A stretch of DNA of 38,764 nt, taken from an uncultured Prevotella sp. (lineage in GTDB: Bacteria > Bacteroidota > Bacteroidia > Bacteroidales > Bacteroidaceae). The notes beneath the pieces were generated by a model. The model worked only from the letters and a program-made list of their open reading frames with translations. It made no database searches and was not told where the DNA came from. This document shows positions 1 to 9,545 of this stretch, piece after piece (position 1 is the first letter of the stretch; each line of letters opens with the position of its first letter). The DNA is taken from NCBI GenBank assembly GCA_947072805.1, contig CAMTJK010000001.1, positions 1 through 38,764 on the forward strand, in the 5' to 3' direction. A program made the translations under genes and the position numbers.

Positions 1-76
1 CAAAGATAATGCAAACGAGCGTCAAGAAAGCTTGCTTTAGCTTGCCCGAGTGCAGCTTATCTTATGCAAAGATAAT
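1..76 (-). repeat. Short hairpin element bounded by direct repeats of CAAAGATAAT (TATCTTTG, a Bacteroidota -7 promoter box, on the minus strand); may be cut by the window start
   Basis: caaagataat at 1-10 and 67-76. The minus strand folds as aagataa/ttatctt, tgca/tgca, cgggc/gctcg, caag/cttg and aaagc/gcttt. Confidence 0.65.
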
Positions 77-264
77 AATTTCTCCAAATGTAAAGGCATT
101 ATGTGTGGAAAATGGCGAAAAACAGAAAATAAATAATCTCTAATTTTGAGATTCTTATAAGCCGGTTTATTGTTGTTTGGGACAATATATGCGGAAACTG
201 TCTTCACTTCTGCGTCAGGATTTTCACAAGGTCGTTTTATACATCCGAGGATGATAACCGGCGT

Positions 265-715
265 GGGCTCGTAACTGTACTTAATGAAAGTTAATTTGTA
301 AAGATATTTGGTCGAATTTAACATTTTTAAATTCCGCATTCTAGGTGTAAATATTTGTTAATCAAAGTGGGCCGATTTATGCTCCCGACGGGTCGAAAAA
401 CGATCCCAGTTTTTTGGCAACGCGATTACGTCGTAATGACATCGCCATTACGTCGAAATCGCATTGCGATTTCGACGTAACGGCGATGCGATAAAAGCTA
501 TATCGCAATGAGCTCACGTACGTAACGGCAAACCGATGAAATGGTATTAAATCGCAAAACGCGTAACTTACTGATAATCAGCGCTTCCTATTTGAGGTGA
601 AAAACGCTCATTTTCGCGTCGTAGGTTAGAAATCGAGGTTTGGATGCCGATTAACACACGTTAAAGTCAAGATTTTTCATAAAAGTAAATAAATGTTATA
701 CGTGTTTTACCATTA
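265..715 (+). mobile_element. ~450-bp non-coding dispersed element (MITE-like), copy 1
   Basis: Near-identical to the reverse complement of 23986..24439 and to 38372..38764. It starts GGGCTCGTAAC and is conserved to TGTTATACGT (703), with a shared ACCATTA ending at 715. Confidence 0.85.
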
Positions 716-1073
716 TTTGTTCCGTGGGGTGTTACGGTAGATATTTTAAAAGGAAAGGTGAAAAATTAGAATTCTGTCTACTCGCGCTGATTTAATGAAT
801 GGCAAGCAGGAACTATTGAGGTAGGTTATACTTCATTTCGGAACTGTAGGTTATGAGTGGTGATAACGTCTCAATAACAAAACTACGTACAATGGAAACA
901 TAAGCGATACTTTTGGCTTTAAAAGCGGACAGCATGACTTTTATGTGAGAAGATGATAACAGAGTATATAAAATTATTGTATGCAGACATGTTTTTAAAC
1001 AGGATAAATAATCCGTTTACACTTGATATTATTAGTCAAATGCTCGTTAAATTTTGTCTTTTTTATCTTAATT

Positions 1074-1105
1074 TTTGTGATGTATAATATTTTTTAGTAT
1101 ATTTG
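1074..1105 (+). promoter_or_regulatory. Bacteroidota sigma-A promoter (-33 TTTG, -7 TATATTTG)
   Basis: TTTG at 1074-1077, a 20-nt spacer, then TATATTTG at 1098-1105, upstream of the ATG at 1144. Confidence 0.6.
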
Positions 1106-1143
1106 CAAACGTTATTTAAAGTTTTCCACGCTAATACGTCAGA

Positions 1144-1950
1144 ATGTGCAGATTGCTTTACATATTGCTTTTATCCGTATTCATCTTTGCGGGATGTGAG
1201 TGGAACCTAAAGTTCGGGGGCAATGACCGTGCTGCATCGTCCATAACGGTTGATAGATATGACAGAATTGAGAGTCTGTATCTGACAACGGGCGATTTTT
1301 CTGCCTTGCAGCACATGAACACCGGATATCCCATGCAGACAAGAACACTGATAGAGGATGTACTGAAGATTGGAAGAGTCAATGATCCCGAAATAAATTC
1401 TGCATTCCTGAATTTCTATCAGGATACTACACTGCAAAGCCTAATAACAGATGTGGAATTCGAGTTTGCCAATATGGATGATATAAATAGAGATTTGGCT
1501 GCATCTTTCGGTAGGCTGGTAAGCGAAATCCCGGATATTGAGATACCGAGAATATATGCGCAAATAGGTGCTCTTGACCAAAGCATTATTGTTGGTAACA
1601 ATATCCTCGGTATAAGTCTTGATAAGTATCTTGGTGCAGATTATCCTCTGTATAAGAAGTACTACAACGAATCGCAGCGTCTTTCTATGTCACGTTCAAT
1701 GATAGTGCCCGATTGTATTGGATTCTATTTGCTCAGCATCTATCCGATGCCCATGGACAAGGAGCTGTCACAGCTTGAGCATGACATGCACATGGGGAAG
1801 ATACAGTGGGTGGTAAACAAGGTTATGCAAAAGAAGGTATTTAACAACAAATATGTAAATACGGTGGATAAATTTATGAACAGACACAAGGATACCACAG
1901 TGGAACAGATGTTGTTGAATAATGATTATAGTGCATTTAGGCGCCGTTAG
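1144..1950 (+). CDS. GldB-like (gliding-motility family) lipoprotein
   Basis: 268-aa ORF with lipobox FAGC. The DRYDR and LGISLDKYLGADYPLY segments resemble GldB-family proteins as I recall them. Confidence 0.65.
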   Translation: MCRLLYILLLSVFIFAGCEWNLKFGGNDRAASSITVDRYDRIESLYLTTGDFSALQHMNTGYPMQTRTLIEDVLKIGRVNDPEINSAFLNFYQDTTLQSLITDVEFEFANMDDINRDLAASFGRLVSEIPDIEIPRIYAQIGALDQSIIVGNNILGISLDKYLGADYPLYKKYYNESQRLSMSRSMIVPDCIGFYLLSIYPMPMDKELSQLEHDMHMGKIQWVVNKVMQKKVFNNKYVNTVDKFMNRHKDTTVEQMLLNNDYSAFRRR

Positions 1951-2887
1951 TCCCTGCTTTTGTGCCCTGAACAGCTCCAGTCTTTTTGAGATAATTTACC
2001 AGAATGTTTGTGAATTCATGGTTCTTCAGCCCCCATCTGGGAGCAATTAGCATGTCGGCTGGTGACTGTGAAACGAACCTTTCAAGTACTATATCGGCTC
2101 TTAGCCTTTGGATGTATTCACTTATAAGCCGAATATATTCTTCGACCGAGTAGATATGAAATGGCTTCCTACTGTATATGTCAGCCAGTTTTGTTCCTTT
2201 TATAATTTGTAATTGATGTATTTTCAGCAGATTAAGACTTGTTTTTGATATGCTTTTTGCTTGCCGGATGCTTTCTTCGTAGTCCTCACCCGGCAATCCG
2301 AGTATGACGTGACCTCCGGTCAATATGCCTCGTCCTGTAGTTTCGGCTATGGCACGCTGCGTACATTCGAATGTATGTCCTCGGTTGATGTATTTCAGTG
2401 TATCGTTGTTTGTTGATTCAATGCCATATTCGACAATGAGGAAGGTCTGGGTGTTTAGTTTTTCAAGATAATCGTACAGTTCCGGAGAAACACAGTCGGG
2501 ACGGGTGCCAATTACAATACCCACAACATCATCAACAGACAGAGCCTCTTCATACATACGCTTCAATCTTTCAAGAGGAGCATAAGTATTGGTGAATGCT
2601 TGAAAATATGCAAGATATTTCATTTTCGGATATTTGGAGGAAAAGAAGTCCTTTCCCTCTTCCAGCTGTTTTCTGATGCTTTTGCGGCTGTCGCAATATG
2701 TGGGATTGAAGGTGTTGTTGTCGCAGAAAATACAGCCCCCGGAGCTTATTCTTCCGTCGCGGTTGGGACAGGAAAAACCGGCATCAACGGCAATTTTCTG
2801 TACGCGGAATGGAAACTTGTTCCTTATCCATCTGCCATAGTCGTTGTAAGGGTAGTCGTCTTGTTGTATATCACCAAATAAAACCAT
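1937..2887 (-). CDS. TIGR01212/YhcC-family radical SAM protein
   Basis: GFSCPNRDG...GGCIFC cysteine motif, plus YFQAFTNTY, GTRPDC and KIHQLQI. Confidence 0.9.
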   Translation of the reverse strand: MVLFGDIQQDDYPYNDYGRWIRNKFPFRVQKIAVDAGFSCPNRDGRISSGGCIFCDNNTFNPTYCDSRKSIRKQLEEGKDFFSSKYPKMKYLAYFQAFTNTYAPLERLKRMYEEALSVDDVVGIVIGTRPDCVSPELYDYLEKLNTQTFLIVEYGIESTNNDTLKYINRGHTFECTQRAIAETTGRGILTGGHVILGLPGEDYEESIRQAKSISKTSLNLLKIHQLQIIKGTKLADIYSRKPFHIYSVEEYIRLISEYIQRLRADIVLERFVSQSPADMLIAPRWGLKNHEFTNILVNYLKKTGAVQGTKAGTNGA

Positions 2888-2891
2888 GCTG

Positions 2892-2993
2892 CAAAGTTAC
2901 AAAAAAAATGCCGTCACAGCCGGATTGTAATGTCATATAATCAACATTAACAATAGTTTTGCCTATCAATCTCAGAATTTAGTTGTAACTTTG
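2892..2993. promoter_or_regulatory. Divergent -7 boxes (TAACTTTG) for the radical SAM gene (-) and the DPP-IV gene (+)
   Basis: caaagtta at 2892-2899 (minus strand) and taactttg at 2986-2993 (plus strand). Confidence 0.55.
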
Positions 2994-3022
2994 CGGTGTA
3001 TAATTTTCTAAAACAGGATGAT

Positions 3023-5227
3023 ATGAAAAATATTGCAACTATGTGTGCAGCGTTTCTTGTGGCAACAACACAGCTTGTTGCAGGCAATAATTTTGATTTG
3101 AAAAGCATAACGAGCGGCGAATTCCGTGGAGAACGCATGTCTGTTGTAGAGCCCATGACAGACGGGGAAAGCTATGCCCAGATATCAAACGACGGTAAGC
3201 AGATAGTAAAATATTCTTTCAAGACAGGCAAGCAGACAGGAATTCTGTTTGATGTTGCCACTGTCCGCGGTGGGAAAATAGAGAGTGTGGATGGATATAT
3301 TATGAGTCCAGACGGCAGAAGGATGCTTATACAAACGGATACAAAGACAATTTACCGCCATTCGTTCACCGCTACCTATTATATATATGATATTGGTAAC
3401 AACAAGATGGTTCCGCTGTCAGACGGTGGACCGCAGCAGACACCGCTTTTCTCTCCAGATGGCAATCAGATAGCTTTTGTCCGTGACAACAATATCTATC
3501 TAGTAAAGTTGTTGTATGACAATGCTGAAAGTCAGGTTACAAAGGATGGGGCGCGCAACGAGATAATCAACGGAATACCGGATTGGGTTAATGAAGAAGA
3601 ATTCAGCAACGACCGCAGTATGGTGTTTACAGCCGATGGCAGGCAGATATGCTGGATAAAATATGACGAGTCAAAGGTTAGGGAATATTCCATTCAGCTG
3701 TTTCGCGGAATGAATCCATCAAAAGAACAATATGCCGATTATCCTGGTCTATATACGTATAAGTATCCGGTAGCAGGTGCCGACAACTCAAAGGTTGCTG
3801 TTTACAGTTACGACATAAAGTCGCATCAGACCCGAAAATTGGATGTTCCGGTGGAAGCCGGCGGCTATATTCCCCGTATTGCTATGACTGCAGACCCTAC
3901 AAAGATAGCTGTCTATACCCTTAATCGCCATCAGGATTGTCTTTCGATATATATGGTCAATCCACTTTCTACAGTCAGCCAACTTGTAATACAGGAGAAA
4001 ACTAATAAATATGTACGGGAAAGCAACCTGTCGGGAATAAAGATTACAGACAAACATATTGTTGTTCCGAGCGATCGCGACGGCTATAATCATATATATG
4101 TGTATTCACTTGGCGGTCAGTTGCAGCGTCAGATTGTTAAGGAACAGTATGATGTTACGGATGTTTATGGACTTGATGAGGTAACCGGTGACGTCTATTT
4201 TTCTGCAGCTATGTTAGGCTCTCATGACCGTCAGGTGCTTGTGGCTCATCAGAACGGTAAGATAGACCGTATTACCCAGCAGGAGGGCTACAACAGTGCC
4301 ATATTCAGTACCAATTTTAAGTATTTTATTAATATTTGGAATGATTTGAATAATCCTCCTGTCTATACGTTGTGCAATAATGTAGGCAAACAACTTGTTA
4401 CTCTAATAGATAATAGGGAATTGCGGGAGAAAATGTCTATATATAATATAGGTTCGCGCGCGATGTTTTCTTTTACCACGTCAGAAGGCGTTGAATTGAG
4501 GGGCTGGATGATAAAGCCGGCTGATTTTAACGCATCTAAACGCTACCCAGTAATCATGTACCAGTATGGGGGTCCCGGCAGTCAGCAAGTCCTCAATACT
4601 TGGAGCATCGGTATGTGTGGACAGGGTGGTGTAATGGAGCACTATTTGGCACAGCAAGGCTTTATCGTGGTATGTGTTGATAATCGTGGTACCGGCGGTA
4701 GAGGATCGGATTTTGAAAAATGTACATACTTGCGCCTTGGTGAGCTTGAAGCTCGCGATCAGGTAGAGACAGCGATCTGGCTCGGCACTCAGCCATATGT
4801 TGATAAAAACAGAATCGGCATATGGGGATGGAGCTATGGCGGCTGGAATACTCTGATGAGCATGAGCGAGGGCCGTCAGGTGTTTCGGGCCGGAGTGGCA
4901 ATAGCTCCGCCTACGAGTTGGCGCTACTATGATACGGTATATACAGAGAGATACATGCGTACGCCCAAAGAAAATCCTTCAGGATATGAGATAAATCCAA
5001 TGAGTCGTGCAGACAAGCTTAGTGGCTCTTTGCTTATATGCCATGGATTGGCGGACGATAATGTACATTTCCGCAATACTGCCGAGTACACAGAGGCTCT
5101 TGTTCAGGCAGACAAAGACTTTCGGGAAATACTATATACCAACCGCAATCACAGCATATATGGTGGTAATACAAGGAATCATCTCTTCCGTCAGGTTGTG
5201 AATTTCTTCAAGAGCGAAATGAAATGA
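3023..5227 (+). CDS. Dipeptidyl peptidase IV (S9B family)
   Basis: Signal peptide from the ATG at 3023, DWVNEEE motif, GWSYGG nucleophile, DDNVH and the NHSI catalytic His. Confidence 0.92.
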   Translation: MKNIATMCAAFLVATTQLVAGNNFDLKSITSGEFRGERMSVVEPMTDGESYAQISNDGKQIVKYSFKTGKQTGILFDVATVRGGKIESVDGYIMSPDGRRMLIQTDTKTIYRHSFTATYYIYDIGNNKMVPLSDGGPQQTPLFSPDGNQIAFVRDNNIYLVKLLYDNAESQVTKDGARNEIINGIPDWVNEEEFSNDRSMVFTADGRQICWIKYDESKVREYSIQLFRGMNPSKEQYADYPGLYTYKYPVAGADNSKVAVYSYDIKSHQTRKLDVPVEAGGYIPRIAMTADPTKIAVYTLNRHQDCLSIYMVNPLSTVSQLVIQEKTNKYVRESNLSGIKITDKHIVVPSDRDGYNHIYVYSLGGQLQRQIVKEQYDVTDVYGLDEVTGDVYFSAAMLGSHDRQVLVAHQNGKIDRITQQEGYNSAIFSTNFKYFINIWNDLNNPPVYTLCNNVGKQLVTLIDNRELREKMSIYNIGSRAMFSFTTSEGVELRGWMIKPADFNASKRYPVIMYQYGGPGSQQVLNTWSIGMCGQGGVMEHYLAQQGFIVVCVDNRGTGGRGSDFEKCTYLRLGELEARDQVETAIWLGTQPYVDKNRIGIWGWSYGGWNTLMSMSEGRQVFRAGVAIAPPTSWRYYDTVYTERYMRTPKENPSGYEINPMSRADKLSGSLLICHGLADDNVHFRNTAEYTEALVQADKDFREILYTNRNHSIYGGNTRNHLFRQVVNFFKSEMK

Positions 5228-5330
5228 CCGGGTTGTGGGGTATGACGTTGATACAAAACGCTAATGTTATATTAACGCTGTGTAGTAAACAAGGAAATAT
5301 TAAACTCTAACTATATAATTTAATTAAAAC

Positions 5331-7643
5331 ATGAAATCAGCTACAACAAGTTTTGTCATCGCCATGATGCTGTTGTCAATGCCGATGGAAGCAAAGCCGA
5401 AGAAACACAAATTCGTAATGCAGCTTACACCTCTTGAGATTGTAGAGAAAGTAAACGATCATTGGCAGCAGACAAATAAGCCCGAAGTAAATGCTTTCTG
5501 GGACAATGCCGTCTACTTCACAGGAAACATGGAGGCGTACGGCCTTACGGGTAAAGCAAAATACTTGGAATACAGTGACAGGTGGGCTCGTTATAACAAG
5601 TGGAGTGGGGCGACAGAGAAGAATCGAGACAAGTGGTTGTACAAGACATACGGTGAAGGACAGCAACATGTGCTGTTCGGTGACTGGCAGGCATGTTTCC
5701 AGACATATCTTGACATGTATCAGTCTAATCCTGATGACTATAAGATTGTACGTGCGAGAGAGGTAATGACCTACGAAACATTTAGGAGCGAGAATGACTT
5801 CTGGTGGTGGGCAGATGCTTTATATATGGCAATGCCTGTCATGTCGAAGATGTATAGGACAACGGGCGACTGCTCATATCTTGAGAAAATGACATCTAAC
5901 TTCAAGTATACCGATGATTTGTTGTTCGATAAGGAAGAAGGTCTATATTACAGAGATGCGAAATATGTATATCCCAGACACAAGACCGATGCCGGAAAGA
6001 AAGATTTTTGGGCTCGAGGCAACGGTTGGGTACTTGCTGGACTCGCCAAGGTGCTTACGGATATTCCGGTATCTTATGCGTCACGCAGTGTTTTCGAGGA
6101 CAGATTCCGCCGTATAGCAACAGCAGCAGTCAAATGTCAGCAGCAGGAAGGGTGGTGGACCCGCTCCATGCTTGATGCAAAACAGGCCGAGGGACCAGAA
6201 ACCAGTGGCACTGCATTGCTCACTTACGGTTTACTGTGGGGGGTGAACAACGGACTTCTTGCCAGATCGGATTATGAGGAGGCTATAAATAAGGCGTGGA
6301 GATATCTATCAGAGGTGGCATTGCGGCCAGACGGTTCTGTGGGTTATGTGCAACCCATAGGTGAAAAGGCGGTAAAAGGTCAGCTACTTACAGCCGACAA
6401 TGTAACAAACTTTGGTACAGGCGCATTCCTTTTAGCAGCCTGCGAGAAGGTGAAATATGACGATGGAAGCGTTCGTCCTGCCGATGATAAGGCATTTACT
6501 GTAGCTGTCAGCAATGATGCTCATAGCTTCCGCTATGAGGTTGTAGAACTCTGTGCCAAGACTGTGTTCGAGAAGCTCGGAATAAGTGGCGGTAGACAAC
6601 TACAAGTATACAATGCTGTAGGACAGCAGGTGGCATATCAACTCACTTATGATGGCAAATTACTTATTGATGCTGCTGTACGACCCTGCGGCACAGCCCT
6701 GTTTACGATCAAGAAAGGAATCCCGCAAACATTTATCAACACTTGTTTTGGACGTATGTATCCCGAGCGTGTGGATGACATAGCCTGGGAGAATGACCGT
6801 GGAGCATATCGTTGTTACGGCCCAGCTTTGCAGCGTTCTGGTGAAGATGCTTATGGCAACGACGTATGGGTGAAAAATACTCCCGACCTCGTTGTTGAAG
6901 GTCGTTACTATCTTGAAGATATTATGAAACCTGTCATTGCCTCACTGAAGTCCACGAATCCAGCATCGGCAGACTCTTTAAACAAAATAACGAGTTATCA
7001 TTATGATCAAGGACATGGGCTTGATTGTTATAAAGTAGGACCAACTCTTGGTTGCGGAACTCCCGCACTGTTGGACGGAGAGAACATAATCTTCCCCTAT
7101 TGTTATAAGGAGTATGAGATACTTGACAACGGTCCGTTACGCTTCAGTGTAAGACTTGTATATAACCCTACGAAGGTAAAAGGTGATGAGAATGTTGTGG
7201 AGACACGTATTCTTAGTCTTGATAAGAATTCCAACTTCAATCGTATGACAGTGTGGTATGATGGTCTTACACAGTCTGCCGACTTAGCTTCTGGTGTCGT
7301 TATTCATACAGAAGATACGGAGAGCGTAGTTCTTGGAAAAGATTATGTTTGTTATGCTGACCCAACAGATAATCCGAGTGGACAAAACTTCCAAATATAT
7401 GTGGCAGCTCTTTTCCCGAACGGTGTAACGCAAACTCGCAAGTTGATGTATTCCAATCCTACAAGAGGAAATGCCGGTCATGCTCTCGGAATAAAGGGGG
7501 GCTATAAGAGTGGCGAAAAATATACATATTATTTTGGTTCATCGTGGAGCAAGTACGACTGTCGCAGTCTACAGGAATGGCAGAGCCGCATAGATACATT
7601 CTTGGAAGGTATTCGTACCCCACTGGAGGTTAGTTTGCGATAG
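5331..7643 (+). CDS. GH105/GH88 unsaturated glycosyl hydrolase fused to a DUF4861-like domain
   Basis: WWWADALYM, FWARGNGW and ETSGTA in the N-terminal part; DDIAWEND...YGPAL and DCYKVGPTLGCG in the C-terminal part; signal peptide. Confidence 0.82.
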   Translation: MKSATTSFVIAMMLLSMPMEAKPKKHKFVMQLTPLEIVEKVNDHWQQTNKPEVNAFWDNAVYFTGNMEAYGLTGKAKYLEYSDRWARYNKWSGATEKNRDKWLYKTYGEGQQHVLFGDWQACFQTYLDMYQSNPDDYKIVRAREVMTYETFRSENDFWWWADALYMAMPVMSKMYRTTGDCSYLEKMTSNFKYTDDLLFDKEEGLYYRDAKYVYPRHKTDAGKKDFWARGNGWVLAGLAKVLTDIPVSYASRSVFEDRFRRIATAAVKCQQQEGWWTRSMLDAKQAEGPETSGTALLTYGLLWGVNNGLLARSDYEEAINKAWRYLSEVALRPDGSVGYVQPIGEKAVKGQLLTADNVTNFGTGAFLLAACEKVKYDDGSVRPADDKAFTVAVSNDAHSFRYEVVELCAKTVFEKLGISGGRQLQVYNAVGQQVAYQLTYDGKLLIDAAVRPCGTALFTIKKGIPQTFINTCFGRMYPERVDDIAWENDRGAYRCYGPALQRSGEDAYGNDVWVKNTPDLVVEGRYYLEDIMKPVIASLKSTNPASADSLNKITSYHYDQGHGLDCYKVGPTLGCGTPALLDGENIIFPYCYKEYEILDNGPLRFSVRLVYNPTKVKGDENVVETRILSLDKNSNFNRMTVWYDGLTQSADLASGVVIHTEDTESVVLGKDYVCYADPTDNPSGQNFQIYVAALFPNGVTQTRKLMYSNPTRGNAGHALGIKGGYKSGEKYTYYFGSSWSKYDCRSLQEWQSRIDTFLEGIRTPLEVSLR

Positions 7644-7680
7644 TACAAATTACGTAGTAAGAAACAAATAATCTATTATT

Positions 7681-8436
7681 ACGAAAGCTGTAATCATAGG
7701 AGCCTCTTCTGGTATAGGGCTTGAAGTTGCAAAAATCCTGTTGAACGACGGGTGGCACGTTGGTGTCGCTGCCCGCCGTTCAGATTTATTATACGACCTA
7801 CAACGTCAATTTCCGGAAAGGGTTGTCGTTGCCAATATTGATGTAAGACAGGAAAATGCTTCTCTTGAACTGCTCGCAATGATAAGTAAGATGGGAGGAA
7901 TGGATCTTTTCTTCTATGCTGCAGGTATAGGAAAGCAAAATCCCGACCTCTATGCAGACATAGAGACAGCCACAGTTGATACTAATGCGCTCGGTTTCAC
8001 GAGGATGATATCAGCGGCTTTCCGATATTTCTCCGCTAATGATGGCGGACATATAGTTGCTATTTCATCAATAGCTGGAACCAAAGGACTTGGATTAGCA
8101 CCTTCGTATTCTGCTACAAAGGCATTCCAGAATGTGTATCTGCAGTCGTTGGAGCAGCTTGCGACTATTCGTCGCCTCAATATTTCAGTGACTGACATTC
8201 GTCCAGGATTTGTGGATACGGCTCTGCTTCACGACTGTTACCGTTATCCGATGCTGATGAGACCAGAACATGTTGCAGAGCATATAGTGAGGGCTATCTA
8301 CAAGCGCCGACATGTTGTTATTATCGACTGGAGATGGCGCTTCGTCACTATCTTTTGGCGTCTCATCCCTAACTATCTATGGAGAAAGGCGATTTTTTTC
8401 GTAAGGTATTCAGATGAACGTAAACTATCCGTTTGA
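7681..8436 (+). CDS. SDR-family NAD(P)-dependent oxidoreductase with an ACG/ATT start
   Basis: An in-frame extension upstream of the ORF-track start reads KAVIIGASSGIG (Rossmann motif). Catalytic YSATK is present, and an in-frame TAA lies at 7669-7671. Confidence 0.85.
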   Translation, partial: TKAVIIGASSGIGLEVAKILLNDGWHVGVAARRSDLLYDLQRQFPERVVVANIDVRQENASLELLAMISKMGGMDLFFYAAGIGKQNPDLYADIETATVDTNALGFTRMISAAFRYFSANDGGHIVAISSIAGTKGLGLAPSYSATKAFQNVYLQSLEQLATIRRLNISVTDIRPGFVDTALLHDCYRYPMLMRPEHVAEHIVRAIYKRRHVVIIDWRWRFVTIFWRLIPNYLWRKAIFFVRYSDERKLSV

Positions 8437-8512
8437 TGATTTCCATATGTGATGGTTGTCGTTTGTAATAAAAACTTTTTGCGTTTAATAATAATCATTG
8501 CGAATTTTTTGT

Positions 8513-8520
8513 TACCTTTG
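8513..8520 (+). promoter_or_regulatory. -7 box (TACCTTTG) upstream of the nuo operon
   Basis: Matches TAnnTTTG, 44 nt before the nuoA ATG. Confidence 0.5.
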
Positions 8521-8564
8521 CACCGCCTTATAGGCATACAAATTTGTAATATAATAAGTTTTTT

Positions 8565-8915
8565 ATGTATTTCATCTTGTTTACGACCGTTATACTAACG
8601 GCAATTGTGCTTGTAGCAGCGGCTTATGTGATAGCAAAACTCATAGGTCCCCGCACGTATAACAAGGTAAAGGGCGAGCCTTTCGAGTGTGGTATTCCTA
8701 CGCGAGGCTCTTCTTGGTTGCCAATGCATGTGGGCTACTACCTTTTTGCAATTCTCTTCCTTATGTTCGATGTAGAGACAGTGTTTCTCTATCCTTGGGC
8801 AGTTGTAGTTAAGGAGTTCGGTGTTATGGCATTGTTCAGCATCGGATTCTTCCTGTTGGTACTTGTGTTTGGCCTGGCATATGCTTGGCGGAAAGGAGCG
8901 CTGGAATGGAAGTGA
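8565..8915 (+). CDS. nuoA: NADH-quinone oxidoreductase subunit A
   Basis: [17 protein letters not shown] and WRKGALEW. Confidence 0.95.
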   Translation: MYFILFTTVILTAIVLVAAAYVIAKLIGPRTYNKVKGEPFECGIPTRGSSWLPMHVGYYLFAILFLMFDVETVFLYPWAVVVKEFGVMALFSIGFFLLVLVFGLAYAWRKGALEWK

Positions 8916-9529
8916 GAAAGCCGCATATAAAGAGCATTCCTTACGCAGAGTTTAAGGATAATGCCGCTCTTGAGAAAATAGTAGCCGAACTTCATGAAGG
9001 TGGCGTAGATGTGTTTGTTGGTTCGCTTGATCAGGCTATTAACTGGGGTAGAAGCAACTCGCTTTGGTCGCTCACTTTTGCTACAAGTTGCTGTGGAATC
9101 GAATTTATGGCAGTTGGTTGTGCACGTTATGATTTTGCACGTTTTGGCTTTGAGGTGACTCGAAACTCTCCACGCCAGGCAGACCTTATAATGTGTGCTG
9201 GCACTATAACCCACAAGATGGCTCCCGTTATGAAGCGCCTTTACGACGAGATGGCGGAGCCTAAGTATGTAGTTGCTGTTGGTGGTTGTGCTATCTCGGG
9301 CGGCCCATTCAAGTCGAGTTACCATGTAGTGAAGGGCATCAGTGAGATCGTACCTGTAGATGTGTTTGTACCTGGTTGTCCTCCGCGTCCGGAAGCAATT
9401 CTTTATGGTATGATGCAGTTGCAGCGCAAGGTGAAGATAGAGAAATTTTTCGGTTGCCGTAATCGTAAGGAGAAAAAAGCCATCGTTGTTGCTGGCACTT
9501 CGGTAGGCTCCGGCAATCATCAACAATAA
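8906..9529 (+). CDS. nuoB: NADH-quinone oxidoreductase subunit B
   Basis: [18 protein letters not shown] and VPGCPPRPE. The ATG at 8906 overlaps the end of nuoA. Confidence 0.95.
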   Translation: MEVRKPHIKSIPYAEFKDNAALEKIVAELHEGGVDVFVGSLDQAINWGRSNSLWSLTFATSCCGIEFMAVGCARYDFARFGFEVTRNSPRQADLIMCAGTITHKMAPVMKRLYDEMAEPKYVVAVGGCAISGGPFKSSYHVVKGISEIVPVDVFVPGCPPRPEAILYGMMQLQRKVKIEKFFGCRNRKEKKAIVVAGTSVGSGNHQQ

Positions 9530-9545
9530 TATAAGGAAGACGGAT

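Noticed and set aside
181-264. Possible small CxxC gene fragment (DNICGNCLHFC) left of copy 1
   Set aside because: There is no clear start, it is too short, and it has no convincing continuation after the element.
37-339. 100-aa minus-strand ORF
   Set aside because: It spans two repeat elements, has no recognisable motif, and is not preserved at the other copies.
421-530. CRISPR array in the periodic core of the repeat element
   Set aside because: The units are 11 bp, contiguous and lack unique spacers, and no cas genes are present.
256-730. Target-site duplication for element copy 1
   Set aside because: Only CGTGGG (262-267 and 723-728) recurs. It is short and overlaps the element start defined by copy 2, so it is not convincing.
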